A stretch of 64,000 bases of DNA. Origin: Nitrospirales bacterium (GTDB taxonomy: Bacteria; Nitrospirota; Nitrospiria; Nitrospirales; UBA8639). The first letter of the stretch is position 1; every line of letters starts with the position of its first letter. The stretch is from NCBI GenBank assembly GCA_963555755.3, contig OY820905.2, forward strand, positions 448,001-512,000. Reading direction: 5' to 3'. The position numbers and the translations under genes were made by a program. Below, piece by piece: positions 43,077 through 53,954 of this stretch. The notes below the pieces were generated by a model that saw only the letters and a program-made list of their open reading frames with translations, had not been told where the DNA came from and did not search any database.

Positions 43077-44493
43077 AAGGCCCAGGTTGGCTATCGACGA
43101 CCACGACATCGCAGCGGGCCACCCAATGTCGCTGTTCCAAACCGGCTGCAGCGTCAGTTCAATACCGCCACACCGAATGAGGCGTGGGTGACAGATATCA
43201 CGCATAGTGCGCCCAGCCTTCGGAGGTGTCATGGAAGACGCTACCGAAGCGCGAGCATGTTTGGAATGTGGAAGGACTAAACAAGGAGGAATAAGTCTGA
43301 TACCCGCTTTTCGCTACGGAAAAGCGAGAGCCGAAACGGCGGTGACCTGCTATGCACTGGCAGGGTGACGAAGCCCGTGGGAAACGGGGCGTGAGGCGAA
43401 GCCGTTACGCCAAGATGCGTCTCTAGGCTGAGTGCGGGAAGGTTGAGGAACACGAACCGGTTGATGCGCGTCTGTGGGTTGAAATGTCACCACCTCCTAC
43501 ACGGCTTACCAGGAGGTTCACGGACAGATATCGGGTACAGGTATGAGCTGATATCGGGTGGCGGTGCGAGATGTATGCGTACCACCACTGAGCGGCGTGG
43601 AGTGCGTAGCTAGCACGCGGCGTCCGTGACGACTTGCGGCAAGCAAGGGCAAAGATTGCGACCGGCAACCTCCCCCGCATGGTGGAGTCCAACATGTGAA
43701 CTGGGGAAGGCGATGGTGAGGATGCCAAGGGAGTGTGATCCCGATGCCCCCATCGCTGGCGGAGCTCCCGTAGTAGTCGGAGACAGGGAGAGCCTGTTAC
43801 AGGGCGAAGGGGAGCAGCTTCGTCGAGGTGTGAAGCAGACTAGCTGACTGGAGAGAGGTGAAGACCTTTGAGAATCAGTGAAAGGCAACACACATGTATG
43901 GCCATGAGCCACGACGAGGTGGAGAGCCGTATGCGCTGAGAGGCGCATGTACGGTTCGGGGAGGAGAAGCAGGGAAATAGTTCGACTACGCCCTGCTTCT
44001 TACTCCACTCCTCACCCATGAGGGTTGGCTGTATCTAGCGGTGGTCGTGGACTTATTCTCCCGGCGCGTGATTGGCTGGTCAATGAAGTCCAGAATTACC
44101 AAGGAACTGGTACTGGATGCGCTATTGATGGCGGTATGGCGGCGCAACCCCAAAACACAAGTGATGGTGCATGCAGACCAGGGTAGCCAGTACACCAGTT
44201 ATGACTGGCAAGACTTTCTGCGCGAACATGGCCTGGAGGGAAGTACGAGTCGGCGCGGGAACTGTCATGACAATGCAGTTGCCGAGAGCTTTTTCCAACT
44301 ACTCAAGCGCGAGCGAGTTCGACGTCACGTCTACACAACTCTCGATGAAGCCCGCAGTGATGTATTTGATTATATAGAGATGTTTTACAACGCTTGGCGC
44401 CACCACGGTTTTAATAACCAGCTGTCGCCGGTAGAGTATGAAGAGCAGTACGAAAAACGGCTGGCGAGCGTCTAGAGAACTGGGGGCGATTCA
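43077..44493 (+). mobile_element. 5'-truncated IS3-family element (orfB) hosting a group II intron
   Basis: KAQVGYRRPR...NRLQRQF...WVTDITH | ILTHEGWLYLAVV.DLFSR...HADQGSQY...CHDNAVAESFF. Right end GTCTAGAGAACTGGGGGCGATTCA. Confidence 0.85.
43207..44008 (+). ncRNA. ORF-less group II intron (802 nt)
   Basis: 5' GTGCG. Domain V at 43924-43957 (GAGCCGTATGCGCT-GAGA-GGCGCATGTACGGTTC). Domain VI hairpin with bulged A44002 and 3' AC. Removal restores the IS3 reading frame; no RT ORF inside. Confidence 0.92.
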
Positions 44494-44613
44494 ATCGACA
44501 CCTACCACGGAGCGGGCTAAGGACAAATTGTTGCAATTACGAGTAGAGAGCAATAAAATCAACTCAGCTGGTAAACTGAAAGCGTAGCGTGTGTCAGCTG
44601 AGACCGTAAAACC

Positions 44614-44982
44614 GGATCATACAGAATTTAGTGTTCTGGTAAATTTGTAGCTGCTGCATCTCTCCTGAGCCAGGTCGGAGGATGCTTCTTCCTGGCGTTC
44701 TGGACCATTGCGGCGTGAGAAGAGGGCACGACCTGCCTGCGCGTTTGCGCGTTGTATCGGCTACAGCGCGTAAACGCGCAGGCGCTCCAGGCCTGCGTAG
44801 CCTTCGGCGGAGTAGGCTCGGCGGAGGCTGGTGAGATCGTGCAGCGACACAAGAAAGGGAGGGTGGCCATTAGCCACCAAATAGAACGCGGAGGGCTACA
44901 GACTGCTCCTTGATCTTTGGAACAGGGTTATTGGTGGGCGATTACTAATTCATATTTCTGGAACCCTAAATTCCGTATGACC
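44614..44982. mobile_element. Family-B MITE, diverged copy
   Basis: GGATCATACAGAATTTAGTGTTCT ... GAACCCTAAATTCCGTATGACC. Shares the internal motif CGGCGGAGG..GGTGAGAT..TGCAGCGACAC with the 46050 copy. No TSD. Confidence 0.7.
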
Positions 44983-45041
44983 GGGAGTTCGCCCAAATCA
45001 TGGGTGATTCTCGGAAGGGTTCACACCTAGGAGGAATCAAA

Positions 45042-45524
45042 ATGCAATTCTCGGCGAGAGGGCTTACGGTAGCATGTAGTATCGCTGTGCTAGCAACCCT
45101 GGCTAACCCGGCAGCCGCGGCAGCCGGGGCAGCCTTTGCTGATCAGTACTTTCTCAAAGTTGATAACATCAAAAACAAAAGCTGTGAGAAAAGCAGCCCA
45201 GACATCCTTGTTAAGATCTTTCACTGGAACAACTCGACCAATTCGAGAGGGGAAATCCAGAAACAACAAGATGTCGCAGCAGGAAAAAAGGGTACTTTCG
45301 TCTTCGAAATAATTGACCAGAAACCCAAGTATAGGTACATGGAAGTAAGAGCGTACGGTACAGCTGGAAAGATCGCAAAAAGCGTTCTCAAGATGAAACC
45401 ATCTCAGGGTGGGGTGTATTGGAATCAATTCGATGGTTATGAAGGCGACAACTTCAATATCAACAAGAAAAAGAGCGGTGGTTACAGCTTCAACCTGGAT
45501 GTCAAGATGAAAGTTTGCCCGTAG
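45042..45524 (+). CDS. Secreted hypothetical protein
   Basis: AGGAGG RBS, Sec-type signal peptide and a beta-rich mature part with two Cys. Confidence 0.7.
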   Translation: MQFSARGLTVACSIAVLATLANPAAAAAGAAFADQYFLKVDNIKNKSCEKSSPDILVKIFHWNNSTNSRGEIQKQQDVAAGKKGTFVFEIIDQKPKYRYMEVRAYGTAGKIAKSVLKMKPSQGGVYWNQFDGYEGDNFNINKKKSGGYSFNLDVKMKVCP

Positions 45525-45599
45525 TAGAGGATGAGGATAGGACAGATAAGCTGCGTTTTCGCTCAACGTCCGAGTATGGATGCTATGTCAAGGTCCTGC

Positions 45600-45765
45600 G
45601 GGGAGCCCGAGACGGGGTGCGGTTCGACGAGTCAGTCAGAACGTCAGAGATGGTGTACCTCCGGCCACTGGACAGACCAGACCCGGGACTGGAGCGGGTG
45701 GCAGAGGCCAGTGGGTTCTCTCTCCATGCCGGTGTGAGCCGTGAGGGACAAGAACAAGAGCGATG
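45600..45765 (+). pseudogene. IS91/ISCR-type transposase internal fragment
   Basis: ERVAEASGFSLHAGVS motif. Confidence 0.6.
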
Positions 45766-46049
45766 GTACGGACTTCGACGGGGTTATCAGGAAACTCTGC
45801 GATGACGACAGCTGATCGCCGATACGAAGCGGAGGTGGGCAGCAGCGAGATTCGTGACGGCTCATGCCGCTGTATCTAATCTGTTCAACCTCGGGAGACC
45901 CCATGGGGTACTGGGGGTTTTCCCTCGAAATAGGACATAACAGCCGTAAGTCATTGATTTTCGAGCTTCAAAGCAATGAAATTCAAAATCCTCAAAAAAA
46001 GTAATACACCTCTAGAAGCCGCGGCTGGCGCGGTCTATAGCGGTTTTTG

Positions 46050-46417
46050 GGATCATACGCAATATATGGTTCTACCCCTAACGCCATCCGGTTCTGAATA
46101 CCTGGAACTTCTTGTCCCTGCCTTTCCTTCCTGTGAGCTTTCTTTCTTGCGTAGCTGTACGATCTGATCGTGCCCTTCCCATGCACCAAGTGCCCCTGAC
46201 GCCTGGCAGAGGCAGCGCCTGCCTGCGCGCCGGAGCGCTTCGGCGGAGGCGGGTGAGATGCTGCAGCGACACACCAGACTTGACGACGTGCTTCGCTCCA
46301 AAGGAGAGGCGATATAACCCACGAGGAGTGCCCTTAAAATATTTGCACCTGATCGTATGGTGCGGCCAGAACCCTCAATTCTGCATGATCCGGAAAACCA
46401 TATATTGCGTATGATCC
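46050..46417. mobile_element. Family-B MITE with a doubled right end
   Basis: Homologous to 10002-10309 up to 46391, followed by a second TIR at 46392-46417. Flanks GGTTTTTG and GTTTTTTG. Confidence 0.8.
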
Positions 46418-46600
46418 GTTTTTTGTCCGTTTTGGACGAAAAACCCCTAGGACCCCTCAAAGGCTCGCGAGAAAGTGCTAGAAGAGGGTTGCATCCAGAT
46501 CGCACAAAACGGTGGAATGGATTTCCAGCATGGTGGTAAACTGGATCAGGATAGAAACATCGATCTTGCGGATACCAATAAACAACGGAGCGGGTGAATC

Positions 46601-46816
46601 ATGCATGATGTTTCCCCGGTAAAATATTACCGCGATGAAGGCTTCGTCGAGGACAAGATCGAAATCAACGACGAAGACCTTGACGCTATCATCGAAGAGT
46701 ACTTGATGCGTCATACCAAGTTCGATTTCGATGAACTTGAAGTCGTGAATAACCGGCCCCTGAATATCTGGTCTAGCGTGTATACTCTACAGCAACCCTT
46801 TCCATCTGCTTTATGA
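46601..46816 (+). CDS. Small acidic hypothetical protein or gene fragment
   Basis: 71-aa ORF overlapping the next start (ATGA). Confidence 0.35.
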   Translation: MHDVSPVKYYRDEGFVEDKIEINDEDLDAIIEEYLMRHTKFDFDELEVVNNRPLNIWSSVYTLQQPFPSAL

Positions 46817-47211
46817 ATAATACATTTTCGTACATTCGTGCAATTCCGTATGGTTTGTATATGAATGTCATTCAACACGCTTTTTTCTTCTACCGTTTCG
46901 GTCGGCTGAATACAAGGATAGAGGTCCCGCCACACGTTACTGTAGCATCATCGGAGCATTTGTTTTTTATCGTCGGCATCCTCTCGGTTATGCTCCTGTT
47001 TTATTTCATGAAAAAGCTACCTTCCGGCGCACCGCGAAGAACACTGTTTGCCTTCTTTATTGTCGCTGTGTGTTTAGGAACAATTGGGTCTGTTGGTGGA
47101 GGGTTATTTGGACCAATAGGCGTGCTTATATACGGACTCGTTCCGTTCCTCGTGATACTGCCCATAGGGTATGGGCTGGCTCGGGGTGTACAGCGGTTCC
47201 TCAAAAAGTAA
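46813..47211 (+). CDS. Hypothetical membrane protein
   Basis: Three to four hydrophobic helices; GGLFGPIG motif. Confidence 0.6.
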   Translation: MNNTFSYIRAIPYGLYMNVIQHAFFFYRFGRLNTRIEVPPHVTVASSEHLFFIVGILSVMLLFYFMKKLPSGAPRRTLFAFFIVAVCLGTIGSVGGGLFGPIGVLIYGLVPFLVILPIGYGLARGVQRFLKK

Positions 47212-47372
47212 TTTGTAACTGGGGTACTGATAGGTTGTGACAGCCCTATGTACCGTCAGATTGGTTTGGCACTTTTCTCCATGTTTCTACGATCAGTTCC
47301 GGCAAATTTGTCGGATACGCGTCAGAAGCGGCTGTGTCAGACTGTCTTGCAGCAAACAAGCGTCTAGCAATG

Positions 47373-47655
47373 TCAATTGGCATCCCCAAATACTTGCACC
47401 CATTCTCCAAAGTTGAGGTTGGTGGTGACGATAAGGCTGGTCTTCTCATACAACTGGCTGATTAGATGGAACAACAAGGCGCCGCCGGACTTGGGGAACG
47501 GCATATAACCCAGCTCATCCAAGATAACGGCATTCACCTGGCTCAGCCGCCGAGCCATCTGACCCGGGTTGCCAGCGGTCTGCTCCTTGATAAGCGCATT
47601 CACCAGATCCACCGCATTAAAGAAGCGAACCCGTTTACTCTGGTGAACCAGGGTA
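47373..47655 (-). pseudogene. IS21-family IstB helper ATPase fragment
   Basis: VILDELGY.PF...GGALLFHLIS.LYE.TSLIVTTNL.FGEW..VFGDA. Confidence 0.85.
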
Positions 47656-47789
47656 AGCGCGCTGTTAAGTGCATCTACCGGCGGATACCAGATGCCGTCC
47701 CAGATTGATCAGGTTATAGACAGCTGCATGGGCGGGCGCGAATCTCTGGGCCTACACCTTCGATTTGAACTCCGAGATGTGGGACCACC

Positions 47790-47932
47790 GCATACTCCGC
47801 TCCCTGACCTTGGTCGCTTCATGTGACTGCTCTGCCCGATTGTTTGCATACCGATCAGTCTCATGAATGGCCTCCGGAATCAGCTCCCTGTGGGCAACGT
47901 CATAACTGCGCAGCTTGTCTGTCACGATGTGG
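47790..47932 (-). pseudogene. IS6-family transposase fragment
   Basis: Manual translation IVTDKLRSY..AHRELIP...H....YANNRAEQSH....VRER.MR. Confidence 0.75.
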
Positions 47933-48147
47933 AGGTGCCCCTTTGTTCATCATATAGTACTGCCTAGGGGATCTAATCGGGTTCAATTGATTCTGTGATC
48001 GTGGTCACATTTTCAAAGGGTTACTGACGAATTCGTGACGCCTAATGCCATTCGAAAAGGGGTCAAATCTTTGGTTGACTAAATAAGACTTTCTCTTCCC
48101 TACTCTTGTCATTCAAGATATTCCGAGTGGAAAAAAAAGGGGTCAAC

Positions 48148-49250
48148 GCGGATTCATACAATAAGTGCAATTTCTCTCGCCACCCGAATTGGGTAGGATG
48201 AGGGGCTGAACCAATCCATGTCACCGGAGGAACTGCACGTATGACACACTACCAACACCTAGGCACCGAAGAACGGTTTTACATCTGGCAAGCGCTACGG
48301 GAAGGGAAAACACAACAGCAGATTGCTGAGGCCCTTGGCCGTCACCCCTCAAACAGTCAGTCGAGAACTCAAACGGAATACCTATCCGCAGTGTCATGTG
48401 TATACCTATCACTGGGCCAGGCAGATCGTGAAGCATCGAAAACACGACGCGAATCGACAGAAGTCTCGCACGCTCACGGATGAACACGCGCACTTGATCA
48501 CGCAGCTCGTGCGGCAATACTTAAGCCCGGAGCAAGGCAGCGGGTACCTGAAACAACACCATGCTCTCAGCCTCAGTCATGAAACGATTTATCGGTTCAT
48601 CTACAGTGATGCCACCCGAAAAGCGGAATTACAACCATTTCTTCATCAAGGGCGTCGCCATCGCCGCAAGCGATATGGCTCGGGAGCCCGCGCCTCCTGT
48701 ATTCCCAATCGCATTTCGATCACGGAGCGTCCCCAAGAAGTGGACAAGAAAGAACGCCTCGGGGACTGGGAGTGTGATACGGTAATTGGGAAAGATCGAA
48801 AAAGCGTGCTGGTGACGGTGGTGGACCGAGCCTCATTGTATACGGTCTGCTCTCGAGTCTTGAACCGGTCCGCCCACGTGGTGAGCCGGGCCATCATCCG
48901 ACTCCTTCGCACCTTCAAAGAGCGCGTGAAGACCCTCACCTTTGATAATGGCTCAGAATTTGTGAAGCATGAACGGATTGCCCGCGCCCTTGAGGCCACC
49001 ACCTTTTTTGCCCATCCCTATTCCTCCTGGGAGCGAGGCATCAATGAAAACACCAACGGACTCCTTCGACAGTTCTTCCCGAAACACACGGATTTTCGGA
49101 CGATCTCCTGGCAACAGGTGACTGAGGCCGTCGACCTCCTCAATAATCGTCCAAGAAAAACACGAGGGTATCGAACCCCCAACCAACTATTCAACAATCA
49201 CTTCGTCCCACTTATTTGAGAAAGAATTGCACTTGCTACTTGAATTCAAG
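48148..49250 (+). mobile_element. IS30-family element; transposase 48241-49219 has a single frameshift near 48350
   Basis: YQHL..EER, SPEQ, GDWECDTV, LTFDNGSEF and WERG.NENTNGLLRQFFPK motifs. IRs GATTCATACAATAAGTGCAATT and AATTGCACTTGCTACTTGAATTC. Confidence 0.88.
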
Positions 49251-50365
49251 GACGCGTTTGAGTAATTGGGCCCAGCTCATACGAGCCCGTGTGGAGGCAG
49301 AGAGGGAATCGTCGTTCCCCTCGGTGGTGTTCAGCACCTGGTCGGGCTCACCGGGGACGATTTGGGACCGCAGCGCCGCGTTGGGGGCCAGCACCCCATG
49401 GAAGCGAATGAGATGCAGCCGGGGACGCGGGACGAGCGCGGCCAAGCGTTGGAGGAATTCCAGCGGGGTCATCACGAGATGGGTGGTGCCATCGCGGTAG
49501 GGCGTTTTGAGTTGCAACACGACCTCGCCGGCCGGGGTGCGGCGCAGGCGTTTATGGCCCAGGGCCGGACGGGTGATGTCGCGACAGAGCTGTTCGAGTT
49601 TCTGCCGTTGATGAGGTCCACACCAGGTATCCGCATGCAGGCTAAATCCCTGGGCACTCACACAGCCCTTTGGCTGTGGTGCCTCTTGACTGGCCAGGCG
49701 CACGGCCGGATCTTTCCATGTCAGCACTTTTTGTCCCGCTCGGGGGCCAAGGGCAATGCGGTAGGTGCAGGCGGCTGCCTGCAGCGGGGCCAAGGCGGGA
49801 TCGGCATCGGGGTCGGTCAGGTACGGAATCTCGGTGTCTTCTTCCATCAGCGCGCCGTGGCGTGTTAAGGCCTTTAGGAGGCGCGTGATGATCCGCGTGA
49901 GTAACGCCTGCAGCTGGTCAGTGGTGGGGGCCGGGATGGCCTGGAAGATCGGGACCCCGTCCGTGAGATGATAGACGCCATCGAGCATCAAGCAATGGAG
50001 ATGAATGTTGAGATTGGCGGCGGAGCCAAAGCGTTGGATGAGGGTCACCGCGCCGGTCTGGGCCTGGGCATGGGTCAAGCCGGCTTGGTGGATCACGAAG
50101 GTCGAGAGGGCGCGGTGAATGACTTGCAACACCGGGGAAAGCCGCTGCGGCTGGGTCGCGAACAGATGCCGCAAGGGGATAGGACACGAGACCACCCATT
50201 GGCGCACGGGCACGTGAGGAATAACCTGCTCAACCAGGTGGGCCGCGGTTTCCGCCATGCGACGGGCACCACAGGCGGGGCAAAACCCTCGGCGTTTACA
50301 AGAGAACGCCACCAGCTTCTCATGGGCGCAGTCCCCACATCGCAGGCGCAGAAACCCGTGCGCTC
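49251..50365 (-). mobile_element. IS91-family (Y2, Zn-finger) transposase truncated at both ends
   Basis: HGFLRLRC..C.....VAFSCKRRGFCP.CG, N.HLH and GFSLHA motifs. Cut at WAQLLKRV by IS30 and at the 5' end by a family-C element. Confidence 0.88.
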
Positions 50366-50547
50366 AGGGCTCGCGAAACAATACCTTCCCATTTTCGCAT
50401 CCCAGCTTCAGGCCATCTTGAGCCGATCTTCACTCGCACAATCCTCCACGTGGGCGTTGCTACGCCTGCGGTTTTGCTCCCTCAGATCGACTCAATCTGA
50501 CCCAAATCTGGACGGGATGTTATCCAAGGTATTTTTTCACGGGCCCT
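50366..50547. repeat. Diverged family-C palindromic element, inverted
   Basis: TIRs AGGGCTCGCGAAACAATACCTT and AAGGTATTTTTTCACGGGCCCT. Its reverse complement shares AGATTTGGGTC, AAGATGGCC.GAAG and GGATGCGA with the 19218 copy. Confidence 0.7.
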
Positions 50548-52051
50548 AATTCGGTTGGACTTGGGTCTCTGGTTCGGCTAAATGCTCGCGGACTTCTTTG
50601 ACGTAGGTTTTGAAGGGGTTGGGCATGGGGAAGGGGGGCTGGCCGCGGAGTTGAAAGATGGACCAGTTGATGACGTAGTGGGGAAAGCGGCGTTCTAGTG
50701 ATGGCTCGAGACTGGGTTCTTCATTCCATTCTTTGCCGACTAATTGACGGATGAGTTCACTTCGACCAAAGGCGCGGGTATTGCGAGGAGGATTTTGCAT
50801 GGCGAGATCGATGGCCGTGTTGGTGGTGACACGTGGAACGCGACCTTCTTCTTCAAGGCCAAAGTACAAACTTTTTTCTGGATTGAGGTTATGATATTCC
50901 AAGTCCAGGCTCTTGAGCCACGGATCATCCCATTCGAGTTTTTCTTCTTCTTTAAACGATTCTAGGAGCCACAGTTTCGAGGCCCAATCAACTCGTCCCA
51001 CCAGTTTCGTGTAATCACCGCGAAGATCACGTAAGACAGACTCCCATTGATCCAGAACCCAATCGGTATCGTCATCCTGTCCGGCATACTGATCTTGAGC
51101 GGCCTTGAGAAAGTCTTCTTGAATATCGATCGCGGATCTTGTCTGCCCATTGGCTAAACGCACGTTCCATTTTCTGGTACTGTCGCGAGAGATATCTTTC
51201 AGCGTTTGAATGGGTTCTTCCAGATCCAGCCCCACCGGAGCATGGCCATCTTCAATAAGCTGGAGCACAATGCCGGTCGTCCCCATTTTCAAGGCCGTGG
51301 CCACTTCAGCCATGTTCGAATCGCCAAGGAGTAAGTGAATGCGTCGAAATTGATTGGGGTCGGCTAATGGTTCGTCACGCGTATTAATGAGGGCGCGATT
51401 GTTTTGTACCCATTCAAAAAAATCATTCACGATATGGTCGGCGCGCTGTGAAATTTGAAATGGCACGGTCGGACTCCCGTGTTGATCTCGAAGGCCAGAC
51501 CCTTTCTGGGACAGTTGTTCAATCGGTACCCATCCATCATAAATCTCTGTGACACCAATGCGTCCAGCGCCGGTAAAAATTTGGCGCGTCACCAGAAACG
51601 GAATGAGTTTATTCAAACCTTTGAGGTTAAACGGAAAATCGCGTGAGACCAGGTAGTTTTCATGACATCCGAATGTCGCATCGGTTTCATGATCGATATT
51701 ATTTTTGATGAGTGAAATATTCTGGTCCAGGTTGAGTTCGACCAACGTACGTTGGAGCAACCGATCGCCGGCACGGTCCGATGCTACAATATCGGCGAGG
51801 GTGTGACATTCCGGGGAGGCAAACTCCAAATGACCCATATCCACATACAGTCGCCCGGCATTGAGCAAAAACCCGCCATTGCCAGGAGGTTCATCGTAGC
51901 CGCGATAATGCAGGTCCAAGACGCCTTGCTTGCGAACGCGAAATACTTGATCGATTACACGATGGGCGAGCCAGGAGGGCGAGTGATCAGGATCATCGCT
52001 GTTGATAAGGAGTCCGTACTCTGTCTCAATACCGAAAATGCGTTTGAACAT
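50546..52051 (-). CDS. pafA: Pup/UBact--protein ligase (PafA family)
   Basis: GIETEYG, FL.N.GRLYVD.GH.E...PEC, FGCHENYL, R..INTRDEP and DLEYH motifs; last gene of the locus. Confidence 0.88.
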   Translation of the reverse strand: MFKRIFGIETEYGLLINSDDPDHSPSWLAHRVIDQVFRVRKQGVLDLHYRGYDEPPGNGGFLLNAGRLYVDMGHLEFASPECHTLADIVASDRAGDRLLQRTLVELNLDQNISLIKNNIDHETDATFGCHENYLVSRDFPFNLKGLNKLIPFLVTRQIFTGAGRIGVTEIYDGWVPIEQLSQKGSGLRDQHGSPTVPFQISQRADHIVNDFFEWVQNNRALINTRDEPLADPNQFRRIHLLLGDSNMAEVATALKMGTTGIVLQLIEDGHAPVGLDLEEPIQTLKDISRDSTRKWNVRLANGQTRSAIDIQEDFLKAAQDQYAGQDDDTDWVLDQWESVLRDLRGDYTKLVGRVDWASKLWLLESFKEEEKLEWDDPWLKSLDLEYHNLNPEKSLYFGLEEEGRVPRVTTNTAIDLAMQNPPRNTRAFGRSELIRQLVGKEWNEEPSLEPSLERRFPHYVINWSIFQLRGQPPFPMPNPFKTYVKEVREHLAEPETQVQPN

Positions 52052-52081
52052 GGTAATGCGAGATATCCAAGTTATGTTCTC

Positions 52082-52903
52082 TCAGGTCCATGGCAGAGGA
52101 AGCAGTGAGTGTAATTCTTGTTGGCCGACTGGACGATATTTAGAGCTTCCGGGGCTGCGCCGTTCCAGAACGGCACATTCCAGAGTTTTTTCGGTTAAGA
52201 CGGTTTTGAGATGTTCAAGGATTTGTTCCTCAGAGAAAGAATCACTGCCCTGGTCATGGTCTGGTGTTTCCGAAGATGACGATTCAGCGTGTTCATTCTC
52301 CTGACTTTGGGATAGCGCGCCAAGCCCCCAGGCTCGAACCGCGACTTCAAGAACGGCGTGAAAGGTGGAGACTGCGGATGTGATCTGCTTTTTGAGATAC
52401 GAACGCATGGTGTCTTGAATGGTTGCGGATGCTCCAAGAACGGCCATTTCATTGTGCTCTTCGAATGTGCCGTCATAGTCGACTGTAAAATATCGATCTT
52501 GGTTGGGAAGGGTTCCCAATTCTGCCAATAGTAGCTTCGTGATATACGGGGCTTTGAAAATCTCTTCAAAAGCCTGTTTGATCGAGGGAGCCAGGCCATA
52601 CTTGATGAGTCGGGCACCGTTCACATCAGCCGGCGATCGCTGAAAACCTTCCACATGGGCCATGTCCAAAATGGAAAACCGAAGTTTTTCGAGATCCGCC
52701 GGATGTCCCATCCCACCGAGGCCAATGCGATCGTATATTTCATAGAGCTTCGGTGTTCCGTGACTGGTGGTCAACAGAACAATCCCGTCTACATAGGACA
52801 CGGCGACAATCGGACTGCCTTGACGAAATTGGTCATCAAGGTATTGGCGTCGATTCCCAACCGCTTCGATCCATCGATATGGTTCTTCATACATATTGGG
52901 CAA
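52082..52903 (-). CDS. prcA: 20S proteasome alpha subunit
   Basis: K.YEIYDRI...G.G motif; lies between prcB and pafA. Confidence 0.88.
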   Translation of the reverse strand: MPNMYEEPYRWIEAVGNRRQYLDDQFRQGSPIVAVSYVDGIVLLTTSHGTPKLYEIYDRIGLGGMGHPADLEKLRFSILDMAHVEGFQRSPADVNGARLIKYGLAPSIKQAFEEIFKAPYITKLLLAELGTLPNQDRYFTVDYDGTFEEHNEMAVLGASATIQDTMRSYLKKQITSAVSTFHAVLEVAVRAWGLGALSQSQENEHAESSSSETPDHDQGSDSFSEEQILEHLKTVLTEKTLECAVLERRSPGSSKYRPVGQQELHSLLPLPWT

Positions 52904-53678
52904 CCTTTGAAGTGAACAGAATTTTCAGATGTTCGGATGGAATGGTTTCGACACCTTTTTCCGTGATGCGTTTGATGATGGGATACAGGTTGGCTTCGTA
53001 ATTGACGCCGCCAGTGGCCGAGTCGAATTCAGCAGCGCTGGTGAGTAATCGCAGAATAATGATTGTGGCCTCTTCTTCATCAAGCGTGGCCAACGGATGC
53101 CCACTCCATCGGTTGAGGTAATGAAGGATGCCACGAATGGTGGGGGACCCGGATCCGGACATCGCATGATCCACGCCTTCAAACTCTGCGCCAAGGATAT
53201 CGTGGAAATAAATTTTTCCACATCCTAGTTGGAGGTCATATCCGGCAAAAACCGGGACCACGGCGCCGGTTCCAGCCAAAGCCGCCGGAGCATTTTCTTT
53301 GAGCAGTTTGGACAAGGCCCGCAATTTTCCTTCAAAGCTGAGATCTTGTAGTTGGCTTCGTCGAAAATATTTGAATGAATGTTCAAGCACTCTCGCCATT
53401 TCAAATGCGGTGGCGGGAACGCCGGCAATGGCCATGACGCAATACCGATCGATCTCTAACACTTTATCCGTCCGGTCGTACATGACCATATTCCCTGCAG
53501 TCGCTCGACGGTCACCCGCGACGAGGACGCCATCGCGATACTTCAATGCCAGGACGGTGGTTCCCTGGGTGATGGTAGAATGAGCCGTATGACCAGGTTC
53601 CCCAATATTCGGCGCGGGGATGTTAAATTGATAGCCGCGTTCTTTGAGGAGTTGAAAGAAATCGCCTTGAAAACCCAT
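52887..53678 (-). CDS. prcB: 20S proteasome beta subunit
   Basis: Propeptide then G|TTVLA nucleophile; AGDRRAT.GN, SGSGS and D.ATGG motifs. Confidence 0.92.
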   Translation of the reverse strand: MGFQGDFFQLLKERGYQFNIPAPNIGEPGHTAHSTITQGTTVLALKYRDGVLVAGDRRATAGNMVMYDRTDKVLEIDRYCVMAIAGVPATAFEMARVLEHSFKYFRRSQLQDLSFEGKLRALSKLLKENAPAALAGTGAVVPVFAGYDLQLGCGKIYFHDILGAEFEGVDHAMSGSGSPTIRGILHYLNRWSGHPLATLDEEEATIIILRLLTSAAEFDSATGGVNYEANLYPIIKRITEKGVETIPSEHLKILFTSKVAQYV

Positions 53679-53683
53679 GGTGA

Positions 53684-53920
53684 TTATTCCCCTGTGCGTT
53701 GACGGTAGCGTTCGGCTTGTTTGGGATCCACTTTTCGCATGCGCTTGAGTAGGTTGTCTCGGCTCGGAGATCCTGATTCCGGTTGTCGAGGTCCGGCTTC
53801 ATCTTCTTTGGGGCCGGGAGGTCTTGGCCCTGGATCAAGTGGGCGTTCTCGTCGTTCCAAGCTGGTTGGATGCTGGTTCCCTAACGGCTCCATTATATGA
53901 TGAGTATGTTCTGGATACAT
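53684..53920 (-). CDS. ubact: Ubiquitin-like modifier UBact (Pup analogue)
   Basis: 78-aa disordered protein between dop and prcB ending LLKRMRKVDPKQAERYRQRTGE; AAGGAAGG RBS. Confidence 0.88.
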   Translation of the reverse strand: MYPEHTHHIMEPLGNQHPTSLERRERPLDPGPRPPGPKEDEAGPRQPESGSPSRDNLLKRMRKVDPKQAERYRQRTGE

Positions 53921-53954
53921 GGTGCACCTTCCTTTAGGGCCTGTGTCGTACATA

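Noticed and set aside
43423..43948. Short ORFs within the intron as an intron-encoded protein
   Set aside because: No RT (YADD) or maturase motifs; they are chance ORFs in structured RNA.
44500..48100. Integron cassette array
   Set aside because: No integrase and no convincing repeated attC sites; the junctions are explained by IS and MITE ends.
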